Virus record (IMG/VR): IMGVR_UViG_3300045988_179149
Location: 1-36,070 of that record
Origin: a virus
Strand: one strand, 5' to 3'
Length of the DNA: 36,070 bases
Every line of letters begins with the position of its first letter. Positions within the stretch are counted from its first letter, which is position 1. Under the pieces are notes generated by a model. It was not told the origin of the DNA, did no database searches, and worked only from the letters and a program-made list of their open reading frames with translations. The translations under genes were made by a program, and so were the position numbers. Positions 20,957 through 29,073 of this stretch are shown here, one piece after another.

Positions 20957-22437
20957 GTGACCCTCGCCTTCATTCCGGGTTTTCTCTTCGATGTGTTGAG
21001 CGCGAGCAGCGCCAGCCCCGCGGCCTCGATGGGCGCGGCGCTGTCGCCGCCGAAGCCCCAGCCGCCGCCGGAGCCGATCTTGCGCTTGGGGGATGTCTCG
21101 GCGGAAAGGTCGAGCGCAGGGCACGCGATGTGCGTGACCGAGCCCGCCTTCGCGCCGGACGAGATGAGACTTGCGGCGGTCACGGCCTGGTCGGTGCTCG
21201 GGCGCAGGATGTAGTCTTTGGGCATGCCCATGCCCTCGAGCTTGTCGCACAGGGCGCCGGCGCCTGCCTTGCCGTCGATGGCGACGCAGGCGTACCTGCC
21301 CGCCCTCGCGGCGATCCAGTAGGCCAGCCAATCCGTGCTGGGCTCGGGGTCCTCGCAGAAGGGAAGCTCCACGTGCACGGTCGCAGACCCGGGCGGCCGC
21401 ACGGCGCACGCCACGGCGACGGTCGAGCCGTCGGCGCTGAACCTCACGCCGGCGCAGACCCTGCAGCCGTCGGTAAGCTCTGGGCCGCTCCCCACGAGGC
21501 ACTCGCCCCATGCGGCGGCGCCGATGACCGGCGGCTCAACCTGCTCCTGCGGAGGCAGCCAATAGCCCAGGTATTCCTGGGCGGCCCCCAGCTCGTCCAT
21601 GTCTTTCATTCCGGTGCGGATGGCGCGGATGTCGGCGTGGTAGCCCAGGGACGGCATGACCTCCGGCCAGCGGCTCTCGTCCCAGATGTCGCCGACCTCC
21701 TCGACGCCGTACTCCAGCCAGAGCAGGTCGGACGCCTTCTCGCCGCCCTCCCATGCCTGCTGCCGGAGGTTCTTGAACACCTCCGCGGGGTTGCCGGCGC
21801 GGGTCGGCGTGCCGGCGTAGACGATCATCAGGTTTTGCTTGGCGCCGGACGTCGTGGTCGGGTTGATGACCTGCGTGTGGATGCCCGTGAGCTCCTGGGC
21901 CTCGTCGTATATGACGATGTCGAAGGAGAAGCCCAGGCGCGAGGACTTGGTCCTCGTCGAGAACTGGATGACGCCGCCGGAGCTGAACCGCATCCACTCC
22001 TGGCCGGTCTGCGAGCAGACCTCGACCAGGAGCTTGCGCCAGCGCGGGATTCCCTCGGACGTGTCGCCGACACGGCGCCCGAAGATCTTGCGGAAGCGGC
22101 CGACCATCTCCATGGTCGTGGAGTAGTTGTGCTCGGTCCACAGTACCTTGTAGCCGGCCAGCGCCGCCATGATCGCGACCCACACGATGAGGTCGACGGA
22201 CTTGCCCTGCTGGCGCGGGATGGATATGCCGACGCGCGGGTGGACCCATTTTCCGTTGGCGTCCACGGCGCCGATGTCGTGGGCGAGCTGCTCCTGCCAC
22301 GGCACGAGGTCGTACCCCATCGTCGGGGCGAGCTCGACCGCGAGGGAGCCGATGGACCTCTCGTAGGGCTGGACGAGGCGGAGCCTCGGCTTAGCCGAGG
22401 ACGTCGCGCAGGACCGAGACGGCGTTGATGATGACAT
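20953..22437 (-). CDS. terL: Terminase large subunit
   Basis: Walker A PRQQGKS, Walker B IVIYDEAQE. The ATG at 22437 has better spacing from GGAGGA than the GTG at 22446. Confidence 0.9.
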   Translation of the reverse strand: MSSSTPSRSCATSSAKPRLRLVQPYERSIGSLAVELAPTMGYDLVPWQEQLAHDIGAVDANGKWVHPRVGISIPRQQGKSVDLIVWVAIMAALAGYKVLWTEHNYSTTMEMVGRFRKIFGRRVGDTSEGIPRWRKLLVEVCSQTGQEWMRFSSGGVIQFSTRTKSSRLGFSFDIVIYDEAQELTGIHTQVINPTTTSGAKQNLMIVYAGTPTRAGNPAEVFKNLRQQAWEGGEKASDLLWLEYGVEEVGDIWDESRWPEVMPSLGYHADIRAIRTGMKDMDELGAAQEYLGYWLPPQEQVEPPVIGAAAWGECLVGSGPELTDGCRVCAGVRFSADGSTVAVACAVRPPGSATVHVELPFCEDPEPSTDWLAYWIAARAGRYACVAIDGKAGAGALCDKLEGMGMPKDYILRPSTDQAVTAASLISSGAKAGSVTHIACPALDLSAETSPKRKIGSGGGWGFGGDSAAPIEAAGLALLALNTSKRKPGMKARVT

Positions 22438-22840
22438 CGTCGCCACCGTCCTCCCCAGCCCCCTCTATTCGTTCAATCTGGTCGAGCGTCTCGCGGTACT
22501 CCTTGGCGAGCCGGGCCGCCTGGCTGGGCTCGGCATCGTAGAGCTGCCGCTCGATGATCTGCCTCACCCACCGGAGCCTCCCGAGCGTGTCCTGGCGGCC
22601 GTCCGGGCCGTCGGCTGGGGGCGCCGAGATGCCCGCGCCCACGGACTCCCCCGTGGACTCGTCGGTTGCGATCTCGCCGCTCTCCTTCATCCTCTTGATG
22701 AGCGCGCACACGCCGGAGCGCGACCGCTTGAGTTTCTTCGCGATAGCCGCAGGTCCGAGCGCCGGGTAGGCGTTTCTGACGAACTCGCGCTCGTCCGCGG
22801 TCCAGGGCTTGCCCCTCGGCTTCGTGGACTTCGTGGACAT
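22391..22840 (-). CDS. terS: Terminase small subunit (HTH type)
   Basis: ATG 6 nt after GGGAGGTG. N-terminus WTADEREFVRNAYPALGPAAIAKKLKRSRSGVCALIKRM. Overlaps terL. Confidence 0.65.
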   Translation of the reverse strand: MSTKSTKPRGKPWTADEREFVRNAYPALGPAAIAKKLKRSRSGVCALIKRMKESGEIATDESTGESVGAGISAPPADGPDGRQDTLGRLRWVRQIIERQLYDAEPSQAARLAKEYRETLDQIERIEGAGEDGGDDVIINAVSVLRDVLG

Positions 22841-22948
22841 TCCATGCACCTCCCGGTATGGACTCGGTTTCGGGGCCTGCGCAAAAAAGGCGCAATGCCG
22901 TGGGGCGAGCCTTCGGCCCCCGGGGAGGGGCCATCCCCCAGGGTCGCG

Positions 22949-23263
22949 TCACCACGGCAGCGAGGTCGAGCAGCCCACGTCGAGGGGACGCGGCGATATC
23001 GAGCCGTTGAGAGCGGCGAGGCTCTTGTTGCCGCGCCGCTCGTTGCAGATCCGGTGCGCCGGCGCGACGTTCGCGCGGTCGATGGGCGAGCCGCCCTTGG
23101 ATACGGGCACGATCTCGTCCACCTCGAAGCTCATCGGGTCGCCCGCGGGCAGGTCGTAGTCGATGGCCATGCCGCAGATGTGGCACGGCAGCCCCTGCGC
23201 CTTGAGCCAGGCGCGCACCTGCCGGCGGGCGTGGCCGTTGGCGTAGCGGGTCTTGGTGGCCAC
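22949..23263 (-). CDS. HNH endonuclease (terminase-associated, 104 aa)
   Basis: CHICGMAIDY...EVDEIVPVSKGG...APAHRICNERRGN. GTG start 2 nt after the upstream TAG. Confidence 0.8.
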   Translation of the reverse strand: MATKTRYANGHARRQVRAWLKAQGLPCHICGMAIDYDLPAGDPMSFEVDEIVPVSKGGSPIDRANVAPAHRICNERRGNKSLAALNGSISPRPLDVGCSTSLPW

Positions 23264-23265
23264 GG

Positions 23266-23466
23266 CTAGCGCTCCACGGGAGAGCGGCCCCGGTTGGCCA
23301 TGCACTCCTCGAGCCCCGCGTAGCGCAGGCTCTCGACGGCCTTGCCGGCCCCCTTGCACTTGCGCCCGCCCGCACGGCGGGCGATGCCCAGGGCGCGGCG
23401 GAATGCCCACGCCATGACGGTGTCGTACCGGTTGACGGCACGGACGATAGCCTCGCGTGTGACCAC
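23266..23466 (-). CDS. Small basic hypothetical protein (66 aa), first gene of the late operon
   Basis: GTG after GAGGTGGG. No recognisable domain. Confidence 0.4.
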   Translation of the reverse strand: MVTREAIVRAVNRYDTVMAWAFRRALGIARRAGGRKCKGAGKAVESLRYAGLEECMANRGRSPVER

Positions 23467-23500
23467 GGACCCACCTCATTAGGTTGTTGCTTGATAGAAA

Positions 23501-23534
23501 GGCCGGGGCCCTGAACTGCTAGGGGACCCCGGCC
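23501..23534 (-). terminator. Strong hairpin with a T-rich tail just upstream of the first late gene (possible regulated terminator)
   Basis: ggccggggccct...aggggaccccggcc. The minus strand continues tttctatc. Confidence 0.4.
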
Positions 23535-23620
23535 ACTCATCTGTGCTTCCACGCACATCCGACCCGCACACCGCGCGGGCGGCGCTGCGAATCGACACCC
23601 TAGTTATATCCCAGCCGCAA

Positions 23621-23710
23621 CGTGCAACGGTGTGCAATTGCGTGCAATCGCGTGCAATCGTAGGCAATTGTGTGCAACGGCGTGCAACCGTGTGCAATCG
23701 CGTGCAGCCA
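23621..23710. repeat. Nine tandem 10-bp repeats, consensus YGTGCAAYYG, helically phased
   Basis: cgtgcaacgg tgtgcaattg cgtgcaatcg cgtgcaatcg taggcaattg tgtgcaacgg cgtgcaaccg tgtgcaatcg cgtgcagcca. Confidence 0.9.
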
Positions 23711-23711
23711 G

Positions 23712-23748
23712 CAGGCAAAGAGAAACCCGCCGGCGCGGAGCCGACGGG
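23712..23748 (-). terminator. Rho-independent terminator after the late regulator gene
   Basis: cccgccgg (23726-33) pairs with ccgacggg (23741-48). The minus strand continues tttctctttgcc. Confidence 0.6.
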
Positions 23749-23770
23749 TCACGATAGAGTTGTATCTAGC

Positions 23771-24223
23771 TCAGACTGCAGCGCGGCCAAGACCGGATCG
23801 GGCTGCCGCCATCCCGACCATGTCCGTCCAGTCCAGGGCGGCGCACAGGTCGGAGTTCACCGACCTCACCGACACCCCGAGCGTCCCCGCGATCTCCTGC
23901 AGGGTGCGGTCCTCGCAGTAGCGCAGCTCCAGCACGTCGCCCCAGCGCTTGCCGGGGTTGGCCGAGCGCACGCCCGCGCACAGCTCGCGCCCGCTCTCCA
24001 CCTCGCACCGAAGCTCCGACAGTTCGGCTCCGCTGCGTCGCTCGTAGTCTATGCGTTCGTCGGTGGACCTCATGAAGTCCGTGCCGTGCGCGCCCTTGCC
24101 CACGGCGTCGTAGCGCTGGGCGCGCACCTGCTCGCGCGCCTGCATCGACTGGATGACGGCCAGCCTGCGGTCGATGCCGCGCTGGGCGGCCCGTACGGTA
24201 TCGAAGTATTCCCTTGCGTCCAT
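23771..24223 (-). CDS. Late-gene transcriptional regulator (sigma-70 region-4-like / RinA-ArpU-like, 150 aa)
   Basis: ATG after GGGAGGT. C-terminal HTH LELRYCEDRTLQEIAGTLGVSVRSV. Positioned before the packaging module. Confidence 0.6.
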   Translation of the reverse strand: MDAREYFDTVRAAQRGIDRRLAVIQSMQAREQVRAQRYDAVGKGAHGTDFMRSTDERIDYERRSGAELSELRCEVESGRELCAGVRSANPGKRWGDVLELRYCEDRTLQEIAGTLGVSVRSVNSDLCAALDWTDMVGMAAARSGLGRAAV

Positions 24224-24280
24224 GTGACCTCCCGCGTGGTACCATGCTCTACGCCACATAGAGGATGCCGGGAGGCGTCT

Positions 24281-24316
24281 TTGCCAAAGGCCGCCGGCGC
24301 TCCGACGCCAGCGGCC
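24281..24316 (-). terminator. Hairpin plus T-tract between the early operon and the late regulator
   Basis: ggccgccggcg (24289-99) pairs with cgccagcggcc (24306-16) with one mismatch. The minus strand continues tttggcaaag. An adjacent AT-rich stretch carries TCTACCT twice, 10 bp apart. Confidence 0.5.
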
Positions 24317-24352
24317 TTAATTATATATCTACCTATGTCTACCTGCGTAAAC

Positions 24353-24601
24353 TCAATATCTCATCGCGACCTCGCGCCGCATGGCCATGATCTCGTCGTG
24401 CGCCGCGCCCGAGCCTGCCAGATAGCGGTCGACCCTGTCGCGCTTCGGCTTGATTCCCTTGCGCCGGGCCTCCTTCGCGCGGCGCTGCTCATGCTCGCGG
24501 CGGCACGCATCCGAGCAGTACTTGGCCTTCGGGGCCTGCGGGATGAAGACCCTCCCGCAGATCGCGCACGTCCTCTCCTGCACGTCCCACATCACGTTCA
24601 T
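24353..24601 (-). CDS. Zinc-ribbon protein (82 aa)
   Basis: ATG after GGAGG. CAICG...CSDAC followed by a basic tail. Confidence 0.55.
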   Translation of the reverse strand: MNVMWDVQERTCAICGRVFIPQAPKAKYCSDACRREHEQRRAKEARRKGIKPKRDRVDRYLAGSGAAHDEIMAMRREVAMRY

Positions 24602-24702
24602 CTCGTCGACCTCCTGCACCTGCGGGCGCGGCGCGCCTCGATGCTCTTGCGCACGCGGCGGTTCTCGATAATCATCCGCCACAGCTTCTCAAATAACCTC
24701 AT
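24598..24702 (-). CDS. Possible 34-aa basic peptide, ATGA-coupled on both sides
   Basis: MRLFEKLWRMIIENRRVRKSIEARRARRCRRSTR. Supported only by overlap geometry. Confidence 0.3.
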   Translation of the reverse strand: MRLFEKLWRMIIENRRVRKSIEARRARRCRRSTR

Positions 24703-24911
24703 CGCTTCGCCTTCCTCGACCTCTTGAGCGCGCGGGCCCGGTCGCGCTCCAGCGCCCGCGCCCTCCGCTCCGTCTCCCCGATCTGCGCCGCCGTCACGCG
24801 CGGCGCGTCGGCACGACCGTGCACGAGCGCCCGGCGGGCGGGACCCGACACCAGATCGGGCACCGTCCGCCAGGCGGTCGCGCGGTACAGCTCCACCGCC
24901 GAGCGGATCAC
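24699..24911 (-). CDS. Hypothetical protein (about 70 aa)
   Basis: GTG overlapping the Lar-like stop (GTGA). The remainder of ORF 24699..25013 overlaps the Lar-like gene. Confidence 0.35.
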   Translation of the reverse strand: MIRSAVELYRATAWRTVPDLVSGPARRALVHGRADAPRVTAAQIGETERRARALERDRARALKRSRKAKR

Positions 24912-25123
24912 CTGCTGTTCCAGCCATACGCAAGCATGGAGACGGCCTCTTTTTGCGGCGTCGCCATCAAGCTCCCCCACGCGATTCTGTTGGACATCCC
25001 GCAGGAGGGGCACGTCACGCTCATCACATTGGGACGGTCCAGCGAACGCTCGCGCACGTCCTCCACCTTAGGCTCGGCCCCGCACCTGGGACACGCCTTG
25101 AACTCGATATCGTTAAAGGTCAT
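24908..25123 (-). CDS. Lar-family-like zinc-ribbon protein (restriction alleviation-like, 71 aa)
   Basis: CPRCG...CPSCG with a C-terminal ...AYGWNSR, resembling the AWNRR ending of Lar-like proteins (from recall). Confidence 0.5.
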   Translation of the reverse strand: MTFNDIEFKACPRCGAEPKVEDVRERSLDRPNVMSVTCPSCGMSNRIAWGSLMATPQKEAVSMLAYGWNSR

Positions 25124-25341
25124 GCTCTCTCATCCTCCAAAAACCAGGGCACAAGCCTACCGACCATGGCGACGGTCTCCAGCGTAGTCATCGAGACTGC
25201 GAGACTATGGCAGAAGCAGAGAACCTCCTCGTCATCGACCTTGTCCATCTCCTTGCCCTCGATTGCATTCAGCACGCCGCGCGCGTCCTCGGCGATCTCG
25301 TTGAGCAGATATGTCTTCAAACCCTTATAGCTCTCGTTCAC
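25120..25341 (-). CDS. Hypothetical acidic protein (73 aa)
   Basis: GTG 6 nt after GGAGAGGAG. ATGA-coupled to the next gene. Confidence 0.5.
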   Translation of the reverse strand: MNESYKGLKTYLLNEIAEDARGVLNAIEGKEMDKVDDEEVLCFCHSLAVSMTTLETVAMVGRLVPWFLEDERA

Positions 25342-25605
25342 CTAAAGCTCCTCTCCACAGAACGGGCAGTACTTGATGTCCTCGATGTAGGCGTCCGCCG
25401 TCACGTCGGCGCTGACGGTGTCTCCGCACGAGCCGTTGACCGAGACGTCGAGCACCACGCTGGTATCCAGCTCGACCCTGACGATCGGCTCGCCGTCGTA
25501 TCGGCGCATCAGCGTCATGGAGCCCACGGACCAGTTGCGGGCACCACGGTCGGGCGCAGAGTGAATGGACGCGATTCGCGAGCCTCCGCAGAAGTAGCAG
25601 CTCAT
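25342..25605 (-). CDS. Zinc-ribbon hypothetical protein (87 aa)
   Basis: CYFCGG ... CPFCGEEL. ATGA overlap with the upstream gene. Confidence 0.5.
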   Translation of the reverse strand: MSCYFCGGSRIASIHSAPDRGARNWSVGSMTLMRRYDGEPIVRVELDTSVVLDVSVNGSCGDTVSADVTADAYIEDIKYCPFCGEEL

Positions 25606-26036
25606 TCGCCATCACCCGCGAGCAGGGAGTGAATGCGGTAGCAGATGCTGTGGAGCGCCCTCGCCTGGCACAACGTGCCGCCGCACCTGTCAGCGCAGGC
25701 ATCGCACATCCCAGAGACAACGTTGTAGGCGTGCGTCGGTTCTTCGCTGGCAGGGCAGTTCATAGCAGCTTCGATATCGTTCATCAGGGCGCCGAACGTA
25801 TCCGGGCAGGTCAGGTGCATCTCGTCCACCCTCACGACCCCCTCATCGCAGCAGGCACGCCAAACGCCAGCGCCGAGCAGATACTCATATCTCTTGACCG
25901 TGCACTCCATGCCGCTGTCCGCAAAGAGCGTCGCGGTCGACAGGGAGACCTTGCGTCCATCCTTGTCGACAGGGCCCAACGGCATCACTTCCCCGTCCGG
26001 TGTCATCACGCTGTCGGCTGTGAAACGTTCCCTCAT
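25602..26036 (-). CDS. Cys-rich hypothetical protein sharing its N-terminal roughly 35 aa with the radical-SAM protein (144 aa)
   Basis: ATG after AGGAGGA. DSVMTPDGEVMPLGPVDKDGRKV compares with DSVMTAEGEVVPLGPVDKDGHRV in the upstream gene. Confidence 0.6.
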   Translation of the reverse strand: MRERFTADSVMTPDGEVMPLGPVDKDGRKVSLSTATLFADSGMECTVKRYEYLLGAGVWRACCDEGVVRVDEMHLTCPDTFGALMNDIEAAMNCPASEEPTHAYNVVSGMCDACADRCGGTLCQARALHSICYRIHSLLAGDGE

Positions 26037-26044
26037 CAGTCCTC

Positions 26045-26923
26045 CTATCGGCTGTAGGCGAGGGCGATGTCCTTGAAACGGTCATACACCCTGTCGTTGA
26101 CGATGTATCGGTTGTAGTCGCCCTGCTCCGTATAGTGCCAGCGGCCCTCGCTATGCCCATCGAGCAGGTAATCGCGAAGCGTGCCGTCCGGCGTGAAATC
26201 TCCGTCGACCATCTGGCGGAACGTCAGCTCATCGACGCCAAAGCAGCCGTGGAACGCCTTCGCGATTTCCTCGACAGCGTTGATGGTGGTTTCCTTGGTG
26301 ACGACGAACACGGCGCGAACAACTACCCCACGCCTGTAGACGCCCTCATGATGCGGGAACGCCTTGTTCACGCGGTCGAGGTCATCGACGGTCCTACAGT
26401 GGTAGACGACGCAATCGAAGCCTCTCAGAAGGCGCATGACATCGTCGTCGTGCATGTATTGACGGAGAGTCTCGGCGCTCGTGTGCATCTCTGTCTCGAT
26501 GTTGCGCCAATAGCAGGTCTCTTGCGTCATGGCGTACCACGCGGCACGCGTCTTGTCGGTCACAATGCCGTGCATCGGGTCGCCTCCGCCGGAGAAGCTG
26601 AGGAACTCAATGTGGTCATCTTCCAGCAGGCCGCGCAAGGTTTTAGACACGGCCAGTGCGTCAGTCTCCGGCAGGTGCATACCGGTCTGCTTCGTGATGC
26701 AGTACGGGCACTTGTAATGGCACCCGAAGTTGGTGATGACGGAGTAGTTGCGGTTAGGCATCGTTCTGGAGAGAAACTTCTTCGCGCTCACCTTTGTTCC
26801 GCGCCAGTCGTACATGACCTCGGTGTCCAGCGGCACGCGGTGCCCGTCCTTGTCGACTGGGCCCAGCGGCACCACCTCCCCTTCCGCAGTCATGACGCTA
26901 TCGACCACAAGGCGCTCACTCAT
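26045..26923 (-). CDS. Radical SAM domain protein (292 aa)
   Basis: CxxxCxxC cluster motif NFGCHYKCPYC and SAM-site-like FSGGGDP. ATGA-coupled to the upstream gene. Confidence 0.7.
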   Translation of the reverse strand: MSERLVVDSVMTAEGEVVPLGPVDKDGHRVPLDTEVMYDWRGTKVSAKKFLSRTMPNRNYSVITNFGCHYKCPYCITKQTGMHLPETDALAVSKTLRGLLEDDHIEFLSFSGGGDPMHGIVTDKTRAAWYAMTQETCYWRNIETEMHTSAETLRQYMHDDDVMRLLRGFDCVVYHCRTVDDLDRVNKAFPHHEGVYRRGVVVRAVFVVTKETTINAVEEIAKAFHGCFGVDELTFRQMVDGDFTPDGTLRDYLLDGHSEGRWHYTEQGDYNRYIVNDRVYDRFKDIALAYSR

Positions 26924-27492
26924 TTCTCGCTCCCTTCCTCATTGACCTCCGCCTGCAGGACGTCCCGCAGGGTGCCGATACGCTCGATGGCGTCGTCCGG
27001 CGTGCGGCCGTCCCACTCGGGCGCGCGGTCGAGTACCTCGCACGGAAACATGTCCCAGTAAGGCTCGAGGTCGTAGCGGTAGGTGGCGGGGCCGGCGGGC
27101 GTGTCGATACCCACGATGAACATGCCGTCGTACATCGTCCCGTCATGGTGATGGAGTGACTTCCATGAACGCCCGGGGAACGTGGCCACGATCACCGAGA
27201 ACAGCACCGCACGGTGATGGTAGAGCTCGTCGAACGTGTGATACCCGTCCGACGTTGAGCCCGTGACGGGCTCGGGGCTGATGAGCTCGGCGAGCTCAAG
27301 GACCTCGCTCTCATCGACGTTCACTATGCCGCCGACATCACGAGACGGATGAAGCCCAAGTGCATGCAGGACATCCTCCCCATCTGCGACGCACGTGACA
27401 GTCGGCCACGCGAAGGGGTTTTCCACAGCCTCAATTTCGAGATGCCGCAGGGCTCCCTTGGCCTCCTTGAACCACTCGTTCCTATCTCTCAT
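26920..27492 (-). CDS. Hypothetical protein (190 aa)
   Basis: Internal ATG (MRDRNEWF) overlapping the upstream stop by ATGA. Conserved-looking core YHTFDELYHHRAVLFS. Confidence 0.55.
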   Translation of the reverse strand: MRDRNEWFKEAKGALRHLEIEAVENPFAWPTVTCVADGEDVLHALGLHPSRDVGGIVNVDESEVLELAELISPEPVTGSTSDGYHTFDELYHHRAVLFSVIVATFPGRSWKSLHHHDGTMYDGMFIVGIDTPAGPATYRYDLEPYWDMFPCEVLDRAPEWDGRTPDDAIERIGTLRDVLQAEVNEEGSEK

Positions 27493-27683
27493 TTCTCGCT
27501 CCATTCCTTCACGATCTCCTTCTCCTCCGCGACCATGATCAGCGCCTTGTTGAGGCATCGCCTCGCCTGGCGCAGCTCGTCGCAGGCGGACGGGCCCATG
27601 CCCGCACCGATCGACCTCTTGGCGTCCTCGAGCCTGCCGATGGCGAGGTCGATCCAGTCGGCTGCCCCGCACCTGTAGCTCAT
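27489..27683 (-). CDS. Hypothetical protein (64 aa)
   Basis: ATGA overlaps at both ends. Confidence 0.45.
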   Translation of the reverse strand: MSYRCGAADWIDLAIGRLEDAKRSIGAGMGPSACDELRQARRCLNKALIMVAEEKEIVKEWSEK

Positions 27684-28015
27684 CGGGACTCACCCCTCAC
27701 GCCGAAGATGTCGGCCAGGATGTCGCCCGGCGATGCCACGAACGGCTCGGGGCTGATCGGGTCGTAAGTCACCTCGAGGTAGCCCGGGTAGCCGATCGTC
27801 ACGCCCGTGGGCTCGCGCCCCGGAAGGAGCTGGTAGCCCCAGGCCACGCTCACCCTGTGCTCGTCCAGGATGGTCTCGGTGCGCTCCACGCGAAACCTGT
27901 AGCCGCCCACCCGCTCCGTGTCGTACGTGTCGTCGGCCCAGGGAATCCGGTGCCTGTCGAGGGCGTCGCGGTAGGCCCTCATCACCGCTGAGATCTCGGT
28001 CAAAACCTCTCTCAC
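27680..28015 (-). CDS. Hypothetical protein (111 aa)
   Basis: Non-biased composition. The start is uncertain because the GTG is too close to GGAGA. Confidence 0.45.
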   Translation of the reverse strand: MREVLTEISAVMRAYRDALDRHRIPWADDTYDTERVGGYRFRVERTETILDEHRVSVAWGYQLLPGREPTGVTIGYPGYLEVTYDPISPEPFVASPGDILADIFGVRGESR

Positions 28016-28033
28016 TCTCCTATCTCAAAAGAA

Positions 28034-28375
28034 TTAGGTGTTCTTTGCCGCTTGGACTCCCACGCCGGCCCCGTTTCCGCCCTCTAGCGGCGGGAACCCC
28101 ATCGCCTGCTGGCCCAGCTGCGGCGCGGGCGTTGGCACACCTTTGGCATACCTTTGGCGCGGCTCCTTGCCGCGCGCGAGCTCGGCGATGTCATCGTACA
28201 GGTCGGCCTTCTGCTTCCGGCGGGCACGCGCCTCGGCGAGCTTCTGCTTCTTGGCCAGCAGAACGGCCTCCCCGCTCGACATGACGTTCGCCATGTAGAT
28301 GCGCGTTATGTCGAGCGGCCGGCCGGCGGCGGGGTCGACTTTCTTGTCCTTGAGCATCTCCATGAGGGTGATCAT
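28034..28375 (-). CDS. Hypothetical protein (113 aa)
   Basis: ATG after GGAGG. ATGA overlap with the upstream stop. Confidence 0.5.
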   Translation of the reverse strand: MITLMEMLKDKKVDPAAGRPLDITRIYMANVMSSGEAVLLAKKQKLAEARARRKQKADLYDDIAELARGKEPRQRYAKGVPTPAPQLGQQAMGFPPLEGGNGAGVGVQAAKNT

Positions 28376-29073
28376 GACGCCTCCGCAACTTGACGCTCGA
28401 GCTCGGTTATGAGCTCGTCATCCGTCTTCGCCGGCTGCCACACCGCCGCGCGCTCGACCTCCTGCGAGGTCTGGCCGCCGCGTGCCTTGCGCTCGGCGTC
28501 GTAGCCCTTCTCGCGGTCGGACCAGCTGCGGGCAACCGGCTCCCATTTCGCGATGGGGAAACCCTGCCTGGTCCAGCCGTTGGCCTCGTAGTAGTCGTAG
28601 AACTTCCGGGCGCTGCCGCGAAGACAGTTCGCCGCGAAGTACGCCTCGACCTCCTCGAGGGTAGGCGGGACGAATTCGGCGCCACCTCCCCCTCTGTTTT
28701 CACAACCGGAGGGGTTAATCCAGACTCCTAACTCCTCTTCCCCTTCCTCTTCCTCTTCGCTTGCGTGTTTGCTATCTACTTTGCTTGCGCTTTTGCTTTC
28801 CGTTTTGCTCGTGCGTTTGCTTTTAGCTTTGCTTGCGGCTCCGCTTGCTGTGCCGCCACGGCTCAGCCCGCCCTTCCTCCCGGCAACAGACTTAGCGCGG
28901 CTGTTCTCGAGGACCGGCATGATCATCGTGATGGCCATCCGCTGGGCGTCGGTGCGCGGCTCGGGCACCTCGCCGGTCACGAGGTAGCGCACCATCATGC
29001 CGAGCAGCTCGTTGCTCTCGCGCCTGTTGCCTAGGCACAGGGCGCCCTCCACGAGGGAATCAAGTATCGTCAT
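28372..29073 (-). CDS. Early protein with a Ser/Lys/Glu low-complexity linker, possibly replication-organiser-like (233 aa)
   Basis: ATG after GGAGGTGAG. C-terminal FYDYYEANGWTRQGFPIAKWEPVARSW motif, recalled from phage replication-module proteins. The function is not established. Confidence 0.45.
   Translation of the reverse strand: MTILDSLVEGALCLGNRRESNELLGMMVRYLVTGEVPEPRTDAQRMAITMIMPVLENSRAKSVAGRKGGLSRGGTASGAASKAKSKRTSKTESKSASKVDSKHASEEEEEGEEELGVWINPSGCENRGGGGAEFVPPTLEEVEAYFAANCLRGSARKFYDYYEANGWTRQGFPIAKWEPVARSWSDREKGYDAERKARGGQTSQEVERAAVWQPAKTDDELITELERQVAEAS

Noticed and set aside
19775-22428. Plus-strand ORFs 19775..21214 (479 aa) and 21130..22428 (432 aa)
   Set aside because: These are antisense to the portal and terminase genes. 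They have the typical GC-rich antisense composition (Gly/Arg/Ala/Val/His runs).
23621-23710. The 10-bp array as a CRISPR array or minisatellite coding repeat
   Set aside because: There are no spacers, the units are contiguous 10-mers, and there are no cas genes. It is a DNA-level binding or phasing array.
23479-24727. ORFs 23479..23718 (minus) and 23543..24727 (plus)
   Set aside because: The first is simply the translation of the 10-bp repeat array (repeating CTQLHTVAR-type peptide). The second is antisense to the late regulator and zinc-ribbon genes.
24983-25000. Partial shufflon-core match gattctgt-tggac-atccc inside the Lar-like gene
   Set aside because: A 5-nt insertion interrupts the core, and there is no partner site or cassette logic. 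An 8-mer match is expected about once by chance in 72 kb of two-strand sequence.
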